Part shown: positions 54,847 through 64,000 of the stretch, one piece after another
Position numbering within the stretch: the first letter of the stretch is position 1
How the letters are laid out: each line of letters opens with the position of its first letter
Origin: Trichoplax sp. H2
Taxonomy: Eukaryota
Direction: 5' to 3'
Assembly (NCBI GenBank): GCA_003344405.1
Contig: NOWV01000021.1
Coordinates: forward strand, 248,001-312,000
DNA length: 64,000 bases
Made by a program: the position numbers and the translations under genes
The notes under the pieces: generated by a model
The model's input: the letters and a program-made list of their open reading frames with translations, nothing else
The model's database searches: none
Told to the model about the DNA's origin: nothing

Positions 54847-55694
54847 ATTTCCAAATTAGAATCCAATGTAATAAGGTTTAATAATTAATTTTGGTATCTT
54901 CTCTTATTGCTATAGCTTGATGGCTATAGCTTAATTGCTACTACGATGTATTCGAATACGCTCGACGATTTGGAATTGATTTTACTATAGTTAAAGATAG
55001 TAGTTTAAGAAGATAAGATTAGAGTTATAATTACATCGGTCGTTGCATCAAAAAAATTAATCCATCCAGCACAGCTATTTGTAAAAATTAAAATATATCA
55101 ATTGATCAAGTCATTTGCATTAGCAATCTAACAGACAATCATTATTAACTTCAAATGGAATTCTAATTCATATCCAAAACTGATTAATTCAGGATTGATT
55201 TGCAGTAATTATAACTTTAAATCATCATTTCCATATTTAATATAACTTGGCTATCGGTTGATAAAGGTTGCTATGGGAATATCGTCTTCAGCAATAGAGC
55301 AAGCTTACTAATGTAACAATTTCTATCGAAAGCCAGCCTTTCCTAACATTAGCTAAGTTAAAATTTAACCAAATAGATGATATAACCGGTTCAACTTGAT
55401 ATTGCTTCGCTATTTAGCTTACCTTTAGACCTATCGTTTGCCAATTATTTCGATTGAGTTATAATGAGCTACCGACGGCCGTTCCCCAATTTGTCTAAAC
55501 TAAGTATCACACCGTTTTGTGTACATCTTCTAAATTGATTAACAGTAAGGGTCAATTGTATGACTCATTAGGTTATAGATTGGCCATAGACTTGATTCGA
55601 TAAGCTGCTGAGCTACTTTTTCCCAATACTAATAAGCATACCCAACCAGATCTTTCTACTTGTCATCAATCGACGTCAGGACACATTGTTCCGG

Positions 55695-55707
55695 GTAACC
55701 TAGCAAC
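55695..55707 (-). promoter_or_regulatory. RFX X-box-like motif upstream of the CFAP97D-annexin gene
   Basis: The minus strand reads GTTGCTAGGTTAC. A second X-box-like GTTGCTATGGGAAT lies at 55267-55280 and a forkhead-type GTAAACAAA at 55805-55813. Confidence 0.55.
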
Positions 55708-58311
55708 CGTGAACAGCGTTGCGATCGACAACGGAGCCATAACCAATATTAATAGGTACAATGGTTTCCTTACGTCTTAACATGAATGTGAATTCTTTAA
55801 TAGAGTAAACAAACCTATTAATTCGATTATCTCATATAATCATTCCGTCTTTATTACTCGAATATAGGGACAATATCAGTTATTAGCCTTTTGGTATCGT
55901 CATGCTTCCAATGATGATATTATAAATATTGTAAATGCTCGTAGAGAGAGGAACTTATATTAATAAGTATTAACCGGAATGAAATTTACAGGAATATCCA
56001 AACAAAATTAAAGCGATAACTATACTATACTATCTTGGAATTATACTGTAGTTACACAGGCAACAGTACAGGACAGACTAAATTGTATGTCAGACATTGT
56101 GTTAATTGTAAGCAGGGTTTCGATTTTCAAGATTAGCGAAAATGTATTACAGTATTTTGAACATGTAAAAAGATGCATAGATATACTATACTATTAATAT
56201 ACCATAGCAGTACAACGTCTTTCACTTAAATCGCACTTAAAATACCACATTATATATAATAAAAATTTTATTTTCTATGCTAGCTAGAATGAAACTTACA
56301 ATAATATTACAGTATAATAATCAATTACAGTAATAAGCCAAATTGGATGCACTATACTATTGTCTTATACTAACCTTATTAATTAATAGAAAAGGATAGA
56401 TATACCATACCAGCGTTTTATACTGTAACTACTGTATACAGAATGTTTTGACTAAGTTACTCAAGAAGAAATAATGTATCAAAGTATTTTAAAAATTTTA
56501 CATTCAATGTTAGCTGAAATCGAAACTATTTGGAATGATAAGATTGCAAATGAAAGGTGTACCACATAATCATTTAGTTACACGATATTTTACACTGCTG
56601 TGCGGTTCGAACAAATTGTATATAAATGTTGTTATTATTTATTGTATAAATTCTAGTTTGCAACATTAGCTGGAATGGAACGTACCGGGATAATCTAACA
56701 ATAATAATAGAAAATTAGATATCTTATACTGTACCACCGTCCAGTTATATTGTATCTGCGCGCATTCTTACTAAACTCTATATAAAGTGCCATGGCATAT
56801 TATGTAATTATTTACTATCGATATTCTATTACACTATTAGTTGGTATGAAACTTCTCTAAATATCCCAGCAAATAGTGAAAAAAATAATCTGACTGAATT
56901 ATATCCGAAATATTCACATTGATATTAATTGTAGGATAAAAATTTTAATAAGCAGCTTATATAGCACAATTGCAATTATGCTAATAACAACTATGATGTT
57001 ACTCTTACAGAAGTGAAACATGCCAAAGGTTGCATCAACTCGACTTCATTCGCATACGATCATATTAAACCATGTATCATTTTTTTAAAATCACATTTAG
57101 TCACTGAAATGTGCAAACGAGTTAGCGAGGGAATTAATCCTTATCTATTTATTAAGACCATATGCATCTACATTATTGCTAAAGTTAAATCCAATATAGA
57201 GAAATATGAGTGGAAATTATACAATGCTTATCAGCAATATCAGAATTTCGGACGCTTATTGAACGTTAACTCACTTTTCAAAGGTATAGCTTTCAAAGAC
57301 AAGAGGTAATGTCCAACTTATTTTAAGTCGATTAGATCATTCTTTCTAAGTCATTTATATTTATACATCAAATAATTTGAAGTTTCTAGCTATAGACAAT
57401 ATTGCACACGTTCAGTTCGCTCAGACATAGCAGTATTATATTCATGCAATTAATACTTAGCAATGTTATAACACTTGAAATACGAATGATAATTCTAAAT
57501 TGGAAAATGCATGGGAGGATATCTCACGATAATGTTATAATTTCACAGATTATGTAGGAAAAATCAAAGGCAACATGCACAACTGTATTGTAGCAGGAAG
57601 TTTCTTAGCTTTATACAAATGAATATATTGCTAATCTAAACACTTTATCTGCTAGCATTTTTGGCGAACGATTAAGAGGTATGCAAACATTGCTATAGAA
57701 AACTATTTAGTAGCGATTTAAAATCTACCATGAAGCATAAGCTCGGCAAAATTTTCTTTCTCAAACTATAATAAACGAGATTTTTATCAATTTAAATCAA
57801 ACAGATTTTCAAATACTAAATTATTTTTCTTGCAGTAGCCATTAAGATCGAAAGAGCTAAAATAAAATTGGATTGATTTGACGAACAAAATCGATCTTTA
57901 TTTAAAAGTTTCGATGATAAACCGTCTTAAATAAGTCATATATATATATGTTACGATAAATTTTAGAAATTTACAAATATTTGTGAATCATCCCAAATCA
58001 TAGGATTTACTAAACATTCGAATTTCTCATGAATGAGGGAAAAATCTTATGAATAAGTTGATAGTCCTCAGAAATCTTGAGCATCTTAATTATCGTAATA
58101 TATATTTTATATACACATTATTTCCAAAAGAATTATCTTAACAAGACCCAATTCTTTAAGAATTAAGGAAATAAGATTGTTATGATATCAATTAACCATA
58201 GTCAACATATTTATTAACCGAACATGCAAATATGACGAAAGTAATACAATTATAAATTACAGCAAGCAAAACACCTCTTAATTCATATTCTAGTTAAATA
58301 TAGGGATAACA

Positions 58312-61300
58312 TTAATTACACCATGAAGCATCGTCTTTACACTTCAACATAAACCATTTTTGCATCAGGATATCGTTCGGTAAAGTATTGTAGTCGATGC
58401 TATCATCATTGGCTTTATCTTGCGTCTAGGAAAGAAAGCCAAAACATTTTAACAATATGCTACAGCAATACCGTTATCAACACTGTTATCGCTTAGATAG
58501 CACTTAATCATTGAAAAATAAGGATATCAACGTCAGTAGACAGGCTAGGTTTTATCCCATGCTTGGTATTAACTACATTGTCTTACTTAGAGTTTAGCTC
58601 GATACCCTAACCATATAATGTTGATATCTGTAATGAAAAGTTTATAAACTCACCAACGGCCTAGGAAATACTCGTCTAAAGTTTCGTCTATGAACATGTT
58701 CTAGGAATGCATCGTAAAGGAATTCCGTTTGATGTTGTTGACGACATTGTAAACAAATTTGGCATTTCTAAATTTAACAAGGCGTAAATATATCTGTCGT
58801 CAGCATACTCATCCTTCAAAAATCTAAGTTCATATTTCCTCAAGTAGTTTTTTTCATCTGTATTAGGATAGTACCGATTTCACTAATGGGCATATTTTAA
58901 GATGAGCACTTACATCACTTTTACAAGCTGAACAATCGGCACCAGAGCAAATATCATAACCAACTTGAACGTCACGATAGCAGATTTTCATTATTTCTTC
59001 ATCGGGTGAACTAATTTAATGATTACATTTAGAAAGCGAATTAAAATGCAATATAATTATAAAATAGTAATTCCATGCCTACAATACATTGATATTGAGG
59101 AATTACTGCATTATAAAGTGAAATTATTGATTTACGCGGGATACTAAATAAAGATCAATGTACCTTTGGACAACAGTTCGAGGAGTAAGAGATGCTACAC
59201 CAATTAGACTAAGGAGATTATACATAACTTGTTCATATAGTAGCTTATTTGGTGGATGAACAGCAGATGATAAGTTCGGCGACATATTTACCTGTTAATA
59301 ACATTATGACGTTTCTGTAAGTATCACTATTGAGAGTATTTAAATAGACGTGAAATTTATAGAGATTACCTCCATTAACCAGACATTCATCTTGCTATCT
59401 ACTACGAAATCGAATCGAACCATTTCGAAAAAATTTCTGAAGGCAGAATGAGAAAATAATACTTCAATTGCAATATATATATAACTTTCTTCATAAGGTA
59501 CTAAACGCAGTGCATATACTATTTTTCTGAAAAAATTATCGTAGCTATCAGAAATAATACCAAGCAAGCATTTTTATTTTATAAATCATGATTTATTACA
59601 ATGCATTATCTGTTGATTAGTATCATATAAACCTAACAGCTGCTGTTACCTTGTACTTTTATATCTTCTGGTCGTCGCTAGTATCTCAGCTTTCTTATTC
59701 AAATAAACCTAATTCATTGGTAATAACCCAAATAAAACTAGATCAAGCATTCATCTCATAATGAATAATAAATTTCATAAACGCTAACAAATATGCTAAA
59801 CTTGAAATATGAAAGTATGCATCACATAAGATTAATTCTTCACTAGTGGTGATTTTAATAAAATTTGAAATTTGAAGTAAATTTACAAAAAATTTAAAAT
59901 AAATTATAGCTGCTGTCACATCTGCATTACCTGAACGATAGCCTCATTAATATCTGCCCAAAGTTTCTTATAATTAAAGCCTTAATTTATCGAAATAGGT
60001 TACCATAGTTATTGAAGTATTACAAAATATTGGTCTTATCTGTTACAGTAAAACACATAAGCTAGAACATCCAATGATAGCATTTAATTAATTAAAACTA
60101 TCTACCTTTCCGTCTTAAAAATGCATTCAACGACTGTTTGTGACTAAATTGCCCATCACTGTACATCTTCTTGAGTGAAGGAATCTGAAAAACGCTACTA
60201 ATTAGTAAAGTTAAATCTTCGTTCTATTTCATAGTAACGAATACACACTTGTATTACGCATATATCAGTAGCAAACATAATATAATCTATCATTTCTTCA
60301 ATACACTGCTTGTCCAGTTCATATACTGTACAAACTAACCTCCCATGTAGGAGTATAATCATCAGCCACAACATATTGCCGTGTATTAGTTACATCAAGA
60401 GGGAGGTAGTCTTTTGGACAAAATCTACGATCAAAAGCGACCATGAATTATTTCATAGAGTAAATAATTTTACTTTAAATTTAATATTTTAAACGCAAGT
60501 AATAAATTGACTTCAAAACTGCTTTCGTGTTGCAAATAGCCATACAAAGTTGATTGACTTTATTCGTATTTTCATTTGTTAATGCTAACCGAAGTAAAGC
60601 TTCTTCATCATAAACATATACTCGTAATGGAGACACAGATGTCATAACTGTATAGATTCCTATGTCAAATTTTCTTTTTATCGTTCGAGATAATAGAAAG
60701 GATAAAATTAAAGTGTTAGCGGTAAACATCATCGGTGCGCTTTCAGATATCATTTATATCATTGTATCTGATCACCTTCCATCAATTAGTAAAGGATCCA
60801 TAACGTATTCTTGGACGAAAACTTTTTTCGACTTTGATGACAGATCCATTTCTGTTTATATATATATATTATACATATAAAAATATTGGATTTATGTGAT
60901 TTGCATGAAAGTATTCGCACTGTCTCAGGCATATAAACGGCTAGTATACGAGTATAATACTCTAAATCGTATGTATATTATCAACTAAAAAGAAATTTAC
61001 TTACAAGGATCATATCTACATCTACACAAATTTTTTGAACAAAAGTGTTTGCAACTGATACTCACCTTCAATCTTACGAATGAAAATTCCGCGATGAGCA
61101 TTACTTTTTTGAACATATAACTGATTAGGTTTCAATTTAGCCTATGGCGATAATAATCACAATTAATACGGAATAATTGATTATTAACCCATACGTTTAG
61201 GCTCCTAAAATATGTAATGTATTTTAAAAATAGGTACGAACATCTCTTAATAGCTTTTCTTTATCTTCTGGAATCTTGTAAGCTTTCGGTGTAAAAGAAA

Positions 61301-62019
61301 ATCCGCTTGTGGCTAGAGAAGCTTTATTTGTTATGAACCCTGAGCCAGGAAATTTGTTAACCTTAAAAATACGAGAATCGATTATAATTTTGTGTAAAAT
61401 GGATCCAAAACTCAAGTGCTGCTTTACAGCCATATCTAAATTTCACAGTATAAGCAAACCTTTTGATGAGGCTTCATTTGTCGTATCATGTTGTAAACCT
61501 TCGTTTCGGTGAATGGATACTCATGCGACCATAAAACATCCCATTTTTGTGGAAAGTCCTTTTTCATAACATAACCAACACGTTCGAAGACTTTTATAGG
61601 ATGATCTAGATATCCTTTCTCGATCTTATAATAAAAGTAAAAATTCTACGCTGAAATCTGTTGTTATACTGCACTATCAGGTTCATATTTATTTGTCAAA
61701 CACGCTACTTATAATTATTTATTAATTTAAAATTGCAAGCGAAGATATTAAAATGAAACGATAGCAAAAAAATAATTAATTGATTGATATTAAATATTTA
61801 TAAACAAACGTCTTTTGCATGAAACCAAACCACGGGAGCAGTTTTTTTCTTTTCTTGAACGACAGCATCGCCAACTCTTTCATTAACTGTTTTGATAGTT
61901 TGTTCTCTTAGCTGACCAACTAAATATCTTAATTCAAAGATATTGACTGTCATGACAGTGACGCCGATCAACAGCAGCAAGACGACAGCACGGTTATATC
62001 TCATTGACATGCTGAACAT
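58312..62019 (-). CDS. Tubulin-tyrosine-ligase-like ATP-grasp protein (TTLL15-like) with N-terminal hydrophobic signal anchor
   Basis: Spliced motifs WDVLWSHEYPF, VNKFPGSGFITNKASL, VQKSNAHRGI, FVQEYVMDPLLIDGRKFDIGIY, LLRFCP, FFEMVRFDFVVD and LMEVNMSPNLSS. A Cys-rich tail ends KWFMLKCKDDASWCN with the stop at 58312. Confidence 0.88.
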
Positions 62020-62449
62020 AGATAGATTTCTGCTACTACATATCTACAAATGATGAGGGAAAAATTATTTTAATATGCAAATAACGTCAAAATTAGCTGT
62101 ATTAATTATTTAGTTTGAATAATCTCTTAATTTATAATTTACAAAGGGTTATTTTTATGCAGATAACTGGAACAGATCAGTTAATGTGCAAGCTTACAGA
62201 AAAAGATTGATCAAAATTTCTCGACCGTATCATGAGCACTGAGGAGATTACTTGATTTAAAAATGATAGTCAAGTAATCGATTGTTTGACTAGAACTACG
62301 TACTTTATTTTTAGAAGTTAAACAACTGTAGAAGCCTCTTGTAATATATAATGCTCATCTATGTTATCAACCAAACAATTGAAATAGAAGATAATTGACG
62401 ATACCAAATACAATAATTTTACACAGCACTTTCTGGTGAAATATCCGAT

Positions 62450-63143
62450 ATTCGATAGGTTGCTGTAATGAAGCTTTGTTCCTATTTCCATCGATACAGT
62501 ACTAGTTCATCTATTATTATTATAGTTAAGTATCGGGAATCACTATTATGTTTCTTTAATTAAAGTGTAACAAGAGCAAATCGCTTGAACTAAAACCTAA
62601 ATGCCAAAATGAAATCTTTTGCAATTAGAATTCACTACCTGCCTTTTACTAACTATGAATTCATTGCAGTAAATGATCGATGTGTACTATATTGCAATGT
62701 TTTTGCAATGCACGTGAAAGAATTATTGTACTCGTATGCAATGACTACATCATATAAACAAAGCAAGGAGCAGGAGTTTCTTAACGCTTTAATAGGGATT
62801 CGATAGGTTACTATAATGAAGCTTTGTTCCTATTTCCATCGATACAGTGCTAATTCATCTATTATAGAGTTTAGTATCGGGAATCACTTTTATGTTTCTT
62901 TAATTAAAGTGCAATAAGAGCAAATCGCTTGAACTAAAACCTAAATGCCAAAATGAAATCGTTTGCAATTAAAATTCACTACCTGCCTTTTACTAACTAT
63001 AAATTCATTGCGGTAAATGATTGATGTGTACTATATTGCAATGTTTTTGCAATGCACGTGAAAGAATTATTGTACTCGTATGCAATGACTACATCATATA
63101 AACAAAGCAGGGAGCAGGAGTTTCTTAATGCTTTAATAGGGAT
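62450..63143. repeat. Recent direct tandem duplication, ~348-bp unit x2, upstream of the TTLL gene
   Basis: ATTCGATAGGTT starts at 62450 and 62798. By eye the copies differ at roughly 15-20 positions, mostly transitions. Confidence 0.96.
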
Positions 63144-64000
63144 CGTTTATCAATTTTAGCCACCAATATAACAATTAAATTAAGTCATGACGCACAATTC
63201 TCATTTATAATTAATTAAAAATGAGCGAAAAGGATAAAGATCCAATGTAATGGAGTAGATATCAAAAGTGATGTCTACCCCGACAACCCAATGTCCAGAT
63301 GAAATCCGATAAAGTACTACCCATTCAAAATGTATTAACGGTTAAATACTTTGTCATTCCCTATACAGTACTTATGCACTTTACTTTATGTACGCATTAT
63401 CTAAAATAATTCTGTGATAACCCGTAATGAATGAATAATTCCAAGCAAAATGTACCGTCAAAATCGTGCGGTATTATATAATACCGCGAATATCGATTTG
63501 ACAACTATCCAATCCTCGAATACCGCTAGCAAACTTAACCACATTCGTATATTCCTGTATCAGGACTATCACTACACGTCTATTCCTTGCAAATAAGAGG
63601 TGCTCCGCTATCCCAATACTATATCGTTTTTTTGACTGAATCATATTCATGTCTCATGCCTACGTTAGATCCCATCAGGCCATCATCGCTCTCATTTATT
63701 CTACAGGATAGGCGATCGTAAGTTTACTACTTTCTGATATCAATAGCGTTGAATGCGTACAAATAAAGTATAACTCACATCGTTATTGTATTCTCACTCT
63801 ACAAATTTCGCCGAATCCATCCTTAAGTTCAGAATAAGCTCTACCGTCATTGATAACAAGGATAGATTGTATGCTAAGCTATTCCACAGTTCTGATAGAC
63901 AAATAAAGACAGTACGCCTCTAACGAGCGGGTGTTCGACTAGTTACCGTCATATCTAATTGGCTATACAGTCATTCTATTTACAGTTGCCTATTCGTATC

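Noticed and set aside
55900..58300. Possible gene in this interval (ORF 57013-57309)
   Set aside because: No recognisable motifs or consistent exon chain; it looks like AT-rich intergenic or UTR sequence.

Overview
This is AT-rich, intron-dense animal genomic DNA. Short GT-AG introns, compact gene spacing and the gene content suggest a placozoan such as Trichoplax, which is an inference from style and was not verified. Ten spliced genes were reconstructed by hand: ABCB10 (-, 3' end runs off the window), SRBD1/Tex (+), PNPT1 (-), an ankyrin-repeat+CARD gene (-), OTUB1 (+), two tandem PAQR/mPR paralogs (-), EXOC5/Sec10 (+), a ~1000-aa chimeric gene (-) and a TTLL15-like ATP-grasp gene with an N-terminal signal anchor (-). 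The standout is the chimeric gene at 46501-54846. Its 17 in-phase exons join an N-terminal CFAP97D/KIAA1430 (Hemingway-like) ciliary domain, a ~500-aa acidic linker with DQxENQ hexapeptide repeats, and four annexin repeats with degenerate Ca2+ sites. It has one GC-AG intron, and RFX X-box and forkhead motifs lie upstream. Intergenic regions carry several recent tandem duplications, hairpins and TACAGTA/TACTGTA motif clusters near gene 5' ends. No tRNA, rRNA, CRISPR array or intact transposon was recognised.
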